A stretch of DNA of 64,000 nt, taken from the NCBI GenBank assembly GCA_964533855.1, contig CAZHNM010000011.1, forward strand, positions 6,293 through 70,292, written 5' to 3'. Below, one piece after another: positions 1 to 7,991 of the stretch; within the stretch, counting starts at the first letter, position 1, and the number at the start of each line of letters is the position of its first letter. The position numbers and the translations under genes were made by a program. This DNA comes from an uncultured Brevinematales bacterium. Its GTDB lineage: Bacteria > Spirochaetota > Brevinematia > Brevinematales > JAOACQ01. Under the pieces are notes generated by a model, which was not told where the DNA came from, made no database searches, and was given only the letters and a program-made list of their open reading frames with translations.

Positions 1-1
1 G

Positions 2-313
2 CTTTATGGCCTTGGTTTTTATACATTTTACACAGGAATGAACTCAGCGATGAATTCAAGCGGAAGCTCTCAACCAACGACATCTCCCTTCACATGGTTT
101 TTAATTGACATTGGAGCCGGCCTTGTTGTTAATATTGCCGGTGTGTTGATCGGTTCGGCAATTTATCCTTCTCGTGATGATTACAACGCCTTTATCAATA
201 AGCATAACAGGCTTGATCCGGATCATCCTCTGAAGATGGAAAAGATAACCATTCAATTAGGTTTTTTCCCTGCCCCTGACGGCGGAAATTTCGGTCTTGC
301 CTGCAGGTTTTAA
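2..313 (+). CDS. 3' end of a CDS entering from upstream of the window (hypothetical, one hydrophobic segment)
   Basis: The frame is open from base 2 with no stop, so listed ORF 38..313 is only the tail. Hydrophobic stretch FLIDIGAGLVVNIAGVLIGSAIY. A hairpin terminator follows. Confidence 0.4.
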   Translation, partial: LYGLGFYTFYTGMNSAMNSSGSSQPTTSPFTWFLIDIGAGLVVNIAGVLIGSAIYPSRDDYNAFINKHNRLDPDHPLKMEKITIQLGFFPAPDGGNFGLACRF

Positions 314-340
314 AATTGATAGATTGTTCCGTGTTCTTAA

Positions 341-388
341 AGGCCCTATGATAGTTTCATTTACGAGACCATAGGGCCTCTTTTTTTT
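341..388 (+). terminator. Rho-independent terminator
   Basis: Inverted repeat aggccctatg (341-350) / catagggcct (370-379), followed by a T8 run (381-388). Confidence 0.7.
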
Positions 389-420
389 CCTTACCCCTTA
401 ATTTAGTTGAAACACCTTGC

Positions 421-452
421 TTGACAATATTATAGTTGTGTGATACAATTGT
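421..452 (+). promoter_or_regulatory. Sigma70-type promoter of the regulator-hgcAB unit with an overlapping palindrome
   Basis: TTGACA (421-426), 17-nt spacer, TACAAT (444-449), with TG at 441-442 (extended -10). The 8-bp palindrome ACAATTGT (445-452) overlaps the -10. GGAG RBS at 474-477 precedes ATG 485. Confidence 0.65.
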
Positions 453-484
453 TGTATTAAACATTCAATAATCGGAGTAACCTG

Positions 485-931
485 ATGGATGAATTGGAGA
501 TCAGGGATTTTAGAAACGCAATCCGTGTAATCGAAAGGGAAGTGGAAAGGCAGTTTTCATCGAGCGATTGCTGCTGCGGAGTGACGGTGGGCCAATGCCA
601 CATGCTGATGGAACTTGAATCAAGGGGTGAAATGACAATAAAAGATCTTTCCCTGGCCCTGGAACTGGATAAAAGCACCCTGAGCAGGACAGCGGACGAA
701 TTATTTAAGTCTGGACTTATTGAAAGATCCGAAAATCAGAAAGACAGGAGATATACAAATATCCGGCTGACTGAACAGGGACGGAAAATTTCCGGTTCAA
801 TCAATGACATATGGAATAAAGTATATATCGATATCTTTAAATTTATACCTGGAGACAAACACTCCCCGGTTATTGAATCTTTCAAACTATTCGCGGTTGC
901 ACTGAGGAAAAACCATGAGAGAGGGGAATAA
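485..931 (+). CDS. MarR-family winged-HTH transcriptional regulator with an N-terminal Cys cluster (C29-C30-C31, C38)
   Basis: MarR-like wHTH signature (TIKDLSLALELDKSTLSRTADELFKSGLIERSENQKDRRYTNIRLTEQG). CCC codons at 569..577. Stop TAA overlaps the hgcA ATG by 1 nt (TAATG at 929-933). Confidence 0.8.
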   Translation: MDELEIRDFRNAIRVIEREVERQFSSSDCCCGVTVGQCHMLMELESRGEMTIKDLSLALELDKSTLSRTADELFKSGLIERSENQKDRRYTNIRLTEQGRKISGSINDIWNKVYIDIFKFIPGDKHSPVIESFKLFAVALRKNHERGE

Positions 932-1938
932 TGGAATATACTGAAATATCCGGCAGTAAAATTCCTTTAATATCGGCTAAACTTACCCTGGCAGACCTGC
1001 TTGGCGGCCTTATGGTCAGATTCGATATCAACAGAAATAATTATAAGGTCAGACCCGGGCTTTACGGGATCGGAAAACCCGGCCAGGACTCACCTGTTTT
1101 AGTCACGGCAAATTATAAGCTATCTTTTGATATCGTAAGAAAAAATCTCGAAGGTTTAAACGCCTGGCTGATAGTCCTCGATACAAAAGGCATCAATGTC
1201 TGGTGCGCCGCCGGAAAGGGGACTTTTGGAACTATTGAATTAGTCAAAAGGATTATTGAATCCGGGCTTGAAAAGATCGTATCTCACAGGACGGTCATAT
1301 TGCCCCAGCTTGGAGCTGTCGGCGTATCCGCTTATAAAGCCCGGATGATGACTAAGTTTAAAATCGTTTACGGCCCTGTCAGGGCGTGTGACATAAAAAA
1401 ATTCATTGCCGGCGGCATGGAAAAAGATGCCGGGATGAGCGAAGTGAGTTTTAACTGGAGGGACAGGCTTGCCGTAGCTCCGGTCGAACTGGTCCAGAGT
1501 TCGGCTCTGATAGCCGCGCTCATTATCCTGGGTGCTGTTTTCAGCCTGCCGTTCGACAAATCATATGCAGCCAGGCTGGCTCCATTGATGATCCAGTATA
1601 TCGCGGCAGTCCTCGCGGGGGTTTTTGTTTTTCCCCTTTTGCTGCCATATCTGCCCTTCAGAGCATTTTCTTTGAAAGGCGGAGTCCTGGGAATTCTCTA
1701 TTGCTTATTAATAGCATTTATATGCCATATATCTTTTTACGGGTCCCTGATAATGTCGTTTATAACGATCCCTGTAATATCATTTATAGCCATGAATTTC
1801 ACAGGTTCATCGACATTTACCAGCCAGGCCGGCGCAACACTTGAAGTAAAGAGATCCATTCCGGTAATGGCAGTTGTTTTTATTGCCGGAATATCGTTGA
1901 ATATCTTAAAAACTTTAAATATTTTAGGAGGGCATTAA
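931..1938 (+). CDS. hgcA: Mercury methylation corrinoid protein HgcA
   Basis: Contains the HgcA cap-helix motif N(V/I)WCA(A/G)GK as GINVWCAAGKG (Cys92 codon at 1204-1206). N-terminal soluble domain plus a C-terminal half with several hydrophobic helices. 335 aa. Followed by an hgcB-like ferredoxin. Confidence 0.85.
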   Translation: MEYTEISGSKIPLISAKLTLADLLGGLMVRFDINRNNYKVRPGLYGIGKPGQDSPVLVTANYKLSFDIVRKNLEGLNAWLIVLDTKGINVWCAAGKGTFGTIELVKRIIESGLEKIVSHRTVILPQLGAVGVSAYKARMMTKFKIVYGPVRACDIKKFIAGGMEKDAGMSEVSFNWRDRLAVAPVELVQSSALIAALIILGAVFSLPFDKSYAARLAPLMIQYIAAVLAGVFVFPLLLPYLPFRAFSLKGGVLGILYCLLIAFICHISFYGSLIMSFITIPVISFIAMNFTGSSTFTSQAGATLEVKRSIPVMAVVFIAGISLNILKTLNILGGH

Positions 1939-2042
1939 TACAAACGGCTATTACGGGACTCTTTCAATTGATAATAAGAATATTATTTTAATGGAATGGA
2001 TCAATGAATATTGATATTACAGGGAGCTTTAAGGAGGTGACA

Positions 2043-2318
2043 GTGGTCTGGAAATATATTAAAAATGGTGAAAGTCTTTTAATCGATGCTGATAAGTGCA
2101 CAGGTTGCGGTACCTGTTTAGAGGTTTGCCCGCATAGTGTTTTCATATTAAAGTATAAAAAGGCATTAATAAATTTAAGAGATGCCTGCATGGAATGCGG
2201 TGCCTGCAAGCTTAATTGCCCTGCAGGAGCTATCGAGGTTAATTCGGGTGTCGGATGTGCAGCAGCGGTTATAGGCGGTATGCTCGGTAAAAAGGCGCCC
2301 GACTGCGGCTGCTGTTAA
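2043..2318 (+). CDS. hgcB: Mercury methylation ferredoxin HgcB (2x[4Fe-4S])
   Basis: Two CX2CX2CX3CP motifs (CTGCGTCLEVCP, CMECGACKLNCP) and a C-terminal Cys-rich tail (DCGCC). The ORF is open from ATG 2004, but in-frame GTG 2043 sits 5 nt after AAGGAGG (2031-2037) and gives about 91 aa, typical of HgcB. Confidence 0.8.
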   Translation: MVWKYIKNGESLLIDADKCTGCGTCLEVCPHSVFILKYKKALINLRDACMECGACKLNCPAGAIEVNSGVGCAAAVIGGMLGKKAPDCGCC

Positions 2319-2324
2319 AACAAG

Positions 2325-2639
2325 ATGCTAAACGGAAGATATTGGTTAATATTTTTATTTTTATTTTTTTTCAGTTGCGGTTATTCAACAGGTCAACTGA
2401 TTTTTACGAATACATACATGTATGAAAAGCCGGATGACGGTTCAAAGATCGTTGCATCGATAAAACCCGGCACAATAGCAGACTCAAAGGGACCGATCCT
2501 TGCATCGGGAAGTAATCCGGAAGGCTGGCAGAAAATTTCATCGGCAGGTAAAACGGGATGGTGTCATGCGGAGAGTTTGCTCTCAGATCAGATCGATATA
2601 AACGATTTTACGTACGGGAAAAAGCTCGCCGGAATATAG
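2325..2639 (+). CDS. Putative lipoprotein with a bacterial SH3-like domain
   Basis: Signal/lipobox-like N-terminus (LIFLFLFFFSCG). SH3b-like ending (GWQKISSAGKTGWCHAESL). Starts 6 nt after the hgcB stop. Confidence 0.5.
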   Translation: MLNGRYWLIFLFLFFFSCGYSTGQLIFTNTYMYEKPDDGSKIVASIKPGTIADSKGPILASGSNPEGWQKISSAGKTGWCHAESLLSDQIDINDFTYGKKLAGI

Positions 2640-3298
2640 CCAGGCTGTCGATAAAAAAAACCTTAATCAGTGTCCTTTACGATGTCAGCAAGTATTCAGG
2701 AAACCCCTCTGGTTACGCCAAACAATACATCTACATGATCAGGGATGACGGTAGACTTGCCCTGATGAAAGATTTCATCTCCCAATATTATCATTTTGGA
2801 GTGCCGAACTTCGAATTTAATAAAATGTCCTGGCCGGAAACTGATATCATAGATATTTCCTACGGCTTCCAGAGGACAGGCGGATTGGCACACAACGGAG
2901 ACGGCGGCCTTATCCTGGAATATAAACTGGATAAAACAGGGATGGAATTTTTCTTATCTGATGTAAAAAGCAATATAAAAGACTCCGAAAGCAACACAGT
3001 CATCACAAACAGGGAGTCCCTTGTGGAAATTTTCCCTGAATTATCGGATATCTCGAATAAGTGCACCCGGATGAACACCTTTAAAACGAATGCGACATGC
3101 TATGTCTCTGCGCCGTCCGGCCTATATCTCCGAAAATCACCGGAGACAGGCGATAATAAAATATTCCTGATCCCTTTCAATTCGATAGTTATTATAACCG
3201 GAAAGAGCTATAACATTTATACTAACGATGGTATAACAAACTACTGGTACAGGGTTAATTATCACGGCCGGGAAGGCTGGACATTCGGGGGATATTAA
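2558..3298 (+). CDS. Hypothetical protein with a C-terminal SH3b-like domain (start uncertain)
   Basis: C-terminal NYWYRVNYHGREGWTFGGY. The first 82 nt overlap the preceding ORF in another frame. The next in-frame ATG is at 2735, so either the start is internal or the two ORFs are one frameshifted gene. Confidence 0.45.
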   Translation: MVSCGEFALRSDRYKRFYVREKARRNIARLSIKKTLISVLYDVSKYSGNPSGYAKQYIYMIRDDGRLALMKDFISQYYHFGVPNFEFNKMSWPETDIIDISYGFQRTGGLAHNGDGGLILEYKLDKTGMEFFLSDVKSNIKDSESNTVITNRESLVEIFPELSDISNKCTRMNTFKTNATCYVSAPSGLYLRKSPETGDNKIFLIPFNSIVIITGKSYNIYTNDGITNYWYRVNYHGREGWTFGGY

Positions 3299-3387
3299 AA
3301 GAAGAGCTATAACCTTGAATTTATTTTCATCGTTCCTTACAACATTCAGGTGTGTTATTTCAGGCTTATTGAAACCCGGAAAGTCAG

Positions 3388-3407
3388 CAGGCATTGCCTG
3401 ATTTTTT
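3388..3407 (+). terminator. Weak hairpin terminator
   Basis: caggc-att-gcctg stem-loop (3388-3400), followed by a T6 run (3402-3407). Confidence 0.4.
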
Positions 3408-3482
3408 GTGTTTATTCATCCTTTTGAATAAAATAATTGAATATTTTCCATTGATAATAAAATAAGTTCATAGGATGATTTA

Positions 3483-4217
3483 ATGATAGAAAAAAATTAT
3501 TGGCTTTCCGATGCCGGCAAAGACCAGATTGCTTTTTATTTAGAGGAATCGGATGAATTTTTAGTGGAAAGAAAAACCGCTCTGGAATTGATGTTATCGA
3601 TAGCAGGCTGGAATTTTAAAGGAAGGAATAATCTAAAGCTTTTAGATCTTGGCTGCGGAAGTGGCGTAGTTTCTAAAATATTTGCATCAGTCAACCCGGA
3701 ATTTCATTTTACTCTATTAGATGGATCGCAGGATATGCTTGAAGCCGCGGCAAAGAATATGAAGAGTTTTCATTGTGACTATATTCAAACATCCTTTGAG
3801 AAATGGATAGCCGAAGATGCGAACGATCAGAGTTTTGATTTTATTTATTCTGGTATGGCCATTCATCACTTAGATTATACACAAAAACAGCTTCTCTATG
3901 GACGTGTTTATAGGGAACTTCAATTTGGCGGACTATTCCTCAATTATGATGTGGTATTGCCTGCATCCGAACAGTCGGAAAAATGGCAGTTCCAGATGTG
4001 GCGGGACTGGATTAACAATAATATAGAAAAACTCGGGAAATCCGAATTTATTGGTAAACACAATAATATGCCGGAAGAAACTTATAAAATGAAAGCGGAA
4101 AACAAACCTTCCCTATTAAGGGACAATCTAGATATGCTTGAAAAATCAGGGTTTCGTGATGTGGATGTATTCATGAAACATGGGATTTTCGTTTTATACG
4201 GCGGGACAAAACCCTGA
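3483..4217 (+). CDS. Class I SAM-dependent methyltransferase
   Basis: Motif I LLDLGCGSGVVS plus post-I/II pattern (FDFIYSGMAIHHL). 244 aa, TGA stop. Confidence 0.8.
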   Translation: MIEKNYWLSDAGKDQIAFYLEESDEFLVERKTALELMLSIAGWNFKGRNNLKLLDLGCGSGVVSKIFASVNPEFHFTLLDGSQDMLEAAAKNMKSFHCDYIQTSFEKWIAEDANDQSFDFIYSGMAIHHLDYTQKQLLYGRVYRELQFGGLFLNYDVVLPASEQSEKWQFQMWRDWINNNIEKLGKSEFIGKHNNMPEETYKMKAENKPSLLRDNLDMLEKSGFRDVDVFMKHGIFVLYGGTKP

Positions 4218-4266
4218 AACCCTGAATCCTTGGCAATTCTAACACCAACCTGCTCCCCGGTCCATC

Positions 4267-5064
4267 TCATGTGGTCAGACTGTCGACATAGGCGAAGACC
4301 CGATCTTGGTCGGCTTCAACACGAGCCCCGCGAGAGGGTATTGCTGATTTTCGGCCCACCGTCTGATAGAGCGCTGTGCCGGGATCCATGATTACGGCTG
4401 CAAGTGAAGCTCCCGCTGCTTGGGTGCTTTGGAATACCGTAGCCCTGAGTAATTTCAGGATCCAGGAGGGAACTTGGTTGGCGGGAACGACCATCTTCGG
4501 ATGAAAAGCCCGGACCAGGATGCCGTCGGAAGCCCATCTTCGCGCCATGGATAGTGTGAACATTAGAAAGGCCCGCTTGGCCTGAGGGTAGTCAGCCTGG
4601 TTAAGAGAGCCGGTCTCCAGGGCGGCAACGGCAAATTCCCCCCTGGACTCTCCAATTGAGCTTGTATTCACAACCACTGCTCCTGGCGGCAGGACTGGAC
4701 GTAGCCTGAGGCAAATCTGTGCCGGTGCCAGGAAGTTGACTCTCCGGTTCAGAGACCGGCCTTCTGCATCGGCCTGCTTCGAGGGGAATACCGCTCCTGC
4801 GTTATTGACCAGGGCGTCCACCCGGGGATATCGTGCCTTTACCGTTTCAACAAAGTTTTGGGTTGACTCCGGATTGGACAGATCCCCCGGGATCAGATCG
4901 ACTTTGAGGCCGGGATGCTCCCCGGCGAGCCTATTAGCCAGACTCATGCCCCGTTCGGGGGTCCTGACCATCAGGACGAGAGTATCGGCGGAAGCCGCCA
5001 GATATCGGGCTGCCTCCAATCCGAAACCATGAGTAGCGCCAGTCATTACGATCGTAGGTTTCAT
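4267..5064 (-). CDS. Short-chain dehydrogenase/reductase (SDR) family oxidoreductase
   Basis: N-terminal Rossmann motif TGATHGFGLEAARYL, NNAG motif (LVNNAGAV) and YxxxK-like YPQAK. Markedly GC-richer than both flanks. Confidence 0.85.
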   Translation of the reverse strand: MKPTIVMTGATHGFGLEAARYLAASADTLVLMVRTPERGMSLANRLAGEHPGLKVDLIPGDLSNPESTQNFVETVKARYPRVDALVNNAGAVFPSKQADAEGRSLNRRVNFLAPAQICLRLRPVLPPGAVVVNTSSIGESRGEFAVAALETGSLNQADYPQAKRAFLMFTLSMARRWASDGILVRAFHPKMVVPANQVPSWILKLLRATVFQSTQAAGASLAAVIMDPGTALYQTVGRKSAIPSRGARVEADQDRVFAYVDSLTT

Positions 5065-5135
5065 ACCATACCCCGTTCAGAATTTTAGTAGCGAGCAAAT
5101 TTTTAGCTAAAATATAGCTTAAAAGGAGCTTGGGA

Positions 5136-5306
5136 ATGGGTCAAAGAAATAGTGCAAAAAGAAAGGCAGAATTGGTATTAAGAGTTCTTCGTGGTGAATC
5201 TCTTGAAGAAGTTAGTCGCTCAGAAAATGTCACAATCGCTGATTTAACCGAGTGGCGGGAATCCTGTAAAGGGGAATCAGCGCGGAGTATCTTTAGACAG
5301 CGTTGA
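5136..5306 (+). mobile_element. Remnant of an IS3-family OrfA-type transposase HTH (56-aa ORF, no catalytic part)
   Basis: ORF found by hand and absent from the track (<60 aa). AAGGAG RBS at 5123-5128, ATG 5136. The peptide MGQRNSAKRKAELVLRVLRGESLEEVSRSENVTIADLTEWRE matches the IS3 OrfA pattern (K..valeaLRGE.t..ELa...gV....i..W). No OrfB/DDE part follows. Confidence 0.4.
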
Positions 5307-5316
5307 GTTATTTTTC

Positions 5317-5688
5317 TCATTTTATTTTTTCACTTAAAAATATTTCGTTGCCTTCCGTATCATTTATAACCGCATAATAATATCCTGGAATTTCCTTTTT
5401 TGGAATAAAAACTTTGCCGCCTTCGGCCAGTACTTTTTTTAAGGCGTCATCAAGATCGGGAACTCTTATATCGATTCTTGTCGATGTTATTGTTTTATCC
5501 TTGAATTGAATTGCCCCGTTAATTTCTCCCGGATTCAGAGATTGTCTTTTATCATCGGATTTCGTTGTAAGGGCCCAATAAAATGAACGATAAGATGAAT
5601 CGATATCCCATCCGAATACTCTTTCATAAAAACTTTCGGCCCTCTTCATATCATTTGCCGGTAATTCAAAACGGACGGCTGGATTCAT
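5317..5688 (-). CDS. VOC (glyoxalase/bleomycin-resistance/dioxygenase) family protein
   Basis: 123 aa. N-terminal FELPANDMKRAESFYERVFGW and C-terminal DTEGNEIFL are typical VOC beta-alpha-beta-beta-beta module signatures. Confidence 0.7.
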   Translation of the reverse strand: MNPAVRFELPANDMKRAESFYERVFGWDIDSSYRSFYWALTTKSDDKRQSLNPGEINGAIQFKDKTITSTRIDIRVPDLDDALKKVLAEGGKVFIPKKEIPGYYYAVINDTEGNEIFLSEKIK

Positions 5689-5757
5689 TGAAAACCTCCT
5701 TATTATTTTTTTATCGAGATAAATAATGGCACAAAAAATTAATACCGAAGAAGATTA

Positions 5758-7182
5758 CTACTCCGGAAAGGCGGCGGGAAATTCCATGCCGATGCCGGTA
5801 TCCCGGGTCGAACTGTCACTGCTATCAAAAGACATAAGGTTGACAATGGTTTCTGCTTTTCGCGGCTCAGTAATCAGCTTGTGAATTTTCCCCCATTCCC
5901 GCCGCAACATCTCCGGCCCGGATTTAACAATTCTTTGAAAAGCTTGAGCGGCACTCTTACGGATCTCGAAATCGTAATCCTCCAAACGGCGTATCAAAAT
6001 TGTCAGGGCATCCGTATTACCGGCTATAATCAATCGTTCAAAATCTTCTTTTTCACCCCGGATGATATTTTCCCATTGCGGCTCTCCGCAAAGTGCCAGG
6101 GCTTTCGAACAGGCTAAACGGATCTGAGGAAGAGGATTTGCGAGTTTTTCCTTTAGAACGGGAAGAGCCCGGGTGTCTCCGGTCCGTCCCAGGATTTCCA
6201 GGATAAAAACTGTTAATTCAGGTTTGTAGGAATCGAGAAGCGGCGCCAGCATATCGCGTGACCAGTTTAGAGGCACCAGCCTGTTTAAAGCGGATGCGAT
6301 TTTTTCCTGTAATTCATCGGGATATTTCATCAGGGCCTTGATCAGCCAGGGTACGGCCCGTGAATTCTGAATGCGTTCCAGAGACTCCAGAGCATTCAGA
6401 CGCAGGTCAGTATCCTTTCCCAGAAGCGCATCACCGATAACATCAATGGCCCTGGGGTCCCCCAAAGCGCACAAGGTTCTGACAATGGATGGTACGTCGT
6501 CCTTTTCTGCTATGGAAAGCGCCGTCAGCATGGGTTCGACAGCTTGAGTTCCGAATGCTATGCATTCAGAGTATTGTTTTTTTGCCAGGCAGGCAAAAAC
6601 TTGTTCTTCGGTGCTTTGAGGATGCCAATTCAGTGCTTCCATCATATTTATCAGATTGGGGGTCTTATAAGCCCTTCCATTTTTTACTTCAGCGGCAAAC
6701 CAGTTTATAACAACGTTTTTCATGGAAATCAGAACAGGTAAAATTGAATCTCTAAATTCCTGTTTTTGGAAAAATTCCGCTAAAACCGGAACGGCCTGCG
6801 GACCGATCTGTTCCATGTACCGGATATTTTCAGGGTAAATACCGGATTGCGAGATTATGTTTCTGGCCAGGTCCTGCAGAGCCTTTATACTTTTTACCCT
6901 GAGCTGCGGCTGTTTTTCCATCTTTTGCAGGGCCGGGATGATCAAGGGGTCAGGTACACTGGAAAATAGAGAAATAATTTTTTCCTTAAGTTCGAGGCTG
7001 CCTTGATCGAGGGATTCCAGAAGGGCCTGGATGACTTTCGGCTGATCGGTGAAATACGACAGGACCGTTACCGCCGTACACTGCAGATTAATATCATTGC
7101 CCTTAAGAGCATGGATCAGTTTGTCAACTTTACCCTTTTTTCTCCATTCCCAAAGTTCGTTTTCCCTGGTCTGTAAGGACAT
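5758..7182 (-). CDS. HEAT/armadillo-type repeat protein
   Basis: 474 aa with repeated about 30-aa alpha-helical units containing (D/N)xR(A/V)(I/V)P(x)L(I/L)xAL-type motifs (DTRALPVLKEKL, NSRAVPWLIKAL, DPRAIDVIGDAL). Confidence 0.7.
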   Translation of the reverse strand: MSLQTRENELWEWRKKGKVDKLIHALKGNDINLQCTAVTVLSYFTDQPKVIQALLESLDQGSLELKEKIISLFSSVPDPLIIPALQKMEKQPQLRVKSIKALQDLARNIISQSGIYPENIRYMEQIGPQAVPVLAEFFQKQEFRDSILPVLISMKNVVINWFAAEVKNGRAYKTPNLINMMEALNWHPQSTEEQVFACLAKKQYSECIAFGTQAVEPMLTALSIAEKDDVPSIVRTLCALGDPRAIDVIGDALLGKDTDLRLNALESLERIQNSRAVPWLIKALMKYPDELQEKIASALNRLVPLNWSRDMLAPLLDSYKPELTVFILEILGRTGDTRALPVLKEKLANPLPQIRLACSKALALCGEPQWENIIRGEKEDFERLIIAGNTDALTILIRRLEDYDFEIRKSAAQAFQRIVKSGPEMLRREWGKIHKLITEPRKAETIVNLMSFDSSDSSTRDTGIGMEFPAAFPE

Positions 7183-7345
7183 AGACTCCTCCGTATTTGG
7201 CCGCTGCTATAGCAATTATAACACGGCCAAAATATCGTGGCAAATAAAATTTTTATGTCTCTTGAGTCCTTTCACTGCTGCCGGGGCAGGACAATCTGCA
7301 ATTGACTAAAATATCCTGAAATGTTATCATGATAAAATAATAAAG

Positions 7346-7846
7346 ATGGAGGGTTATATGTTAAAAATTGTCTTGAAATCAGCCATGGTTTTCGTGCTTT
7401 TTGCGGGTTTGGCCGCCTTTGTGTCATGTTCTAACCAGCCCGGAGCAAGCGCTAAAGTTGTTGCAACTGAAAAATGGAGCGCCGAATGTGAGGGATCTGC
7501 AACGGATATGGCGTATTTTACTCTGACCAAATATGATAACGGTTCGATCAGTGCTGCCGGCTCCTGGACAAATACGGACACTCCATATGAAACCATCTTT
7601 GACAATAATTCGAGCGGGTCGTGAAGCGTCAGCGGTACATCCATCACTGTGACTCTCAGCGGCACCGCTGATTGCCCCTCTATACCGTCGACTTCGCCTT
7701 ATACGATGGTTTTAAAGGGCATAACAGGCACAGGGAGCGCCGCCGGCACATTTACAATAACCTTTAATAATTCTGCATGGACCCCTTTTAACGGTTCAAG
7801 TACATGGAACGGTACGAGGACAAGCGGAAGCGGGATTACCGAGTAG
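7346..7846 (+). pseudogene. Putative lipoprotein interrupted by a single in-frame TGA (7622-7624)
   Basis: Lipobox LAAFVSC at the N-terminus. ORFs 7346..7624 and 7649..7846 are in the same frame, separated only by one TGA inside a Ser/Gly-rich linker (NNSSGS*SVSGTS). Confidence 0.5.
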
Positions 7847-7991
7847 CGTCGATCCCAAAGTTAAAGATGCTTAATTGTGATCCCGCGAAGTGTCTTTTAA
7901 GCCACGAAGTTATACCGGTGGTACGCGCGGTTGACGGACGCGGGATGGATCAATAATCATTTTTTACAGATTGTTGTTTTAAGGAGTCCTT

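Noticed and set aside
2558-2735. The two SH3b-domain ORFs (2325..2639 and 2558..3298) as a single gene broken by a frameshift.
   Set aside because: The overlap contains no obvious homopolymer slip site that restores one frame (the A8 run at 2652-2659 lies after the first stop). An internal ATG at 2735 gives a plausible independent start. This is left as an uncertainty rather than a claim.
7622-7624. In-frame TGA read as Gly/Trp (alternative genetic code 25 or 4) or as selenocysteine. The context SGS-TGA-SVSG would read naturally as Gly.
   Set aside because: TGA clearly terminates several well-supported genes at the expected protein length: methyltransferase 3483..4217, GT2-GtrA 39752..40858, the TrwB-like ATPase 30032..31369 and the HddA-like kinase 55090..56073, the last two in GTGA/ATGA coupling overlaps. 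The codon lies in a Ser/Gly linker rather than a redox motif, and I saw no convincing SECIS-like hairpin just downstream. A pseudogene or sequencing error is more parsimonious.
7878-7960. Long-range 8-bp pairing (atcccgcg 7880-87 / cgcgggat 7939-46) followed by a T-run upstream of the HEAT gene. Possible riboswitch or terminator.
   Set aside because: The 51-nt loop is too large for an intrinsic terminator, and I recognise no riboswitch consensus. A single 8-bp complement in 64 kb is not compelling.
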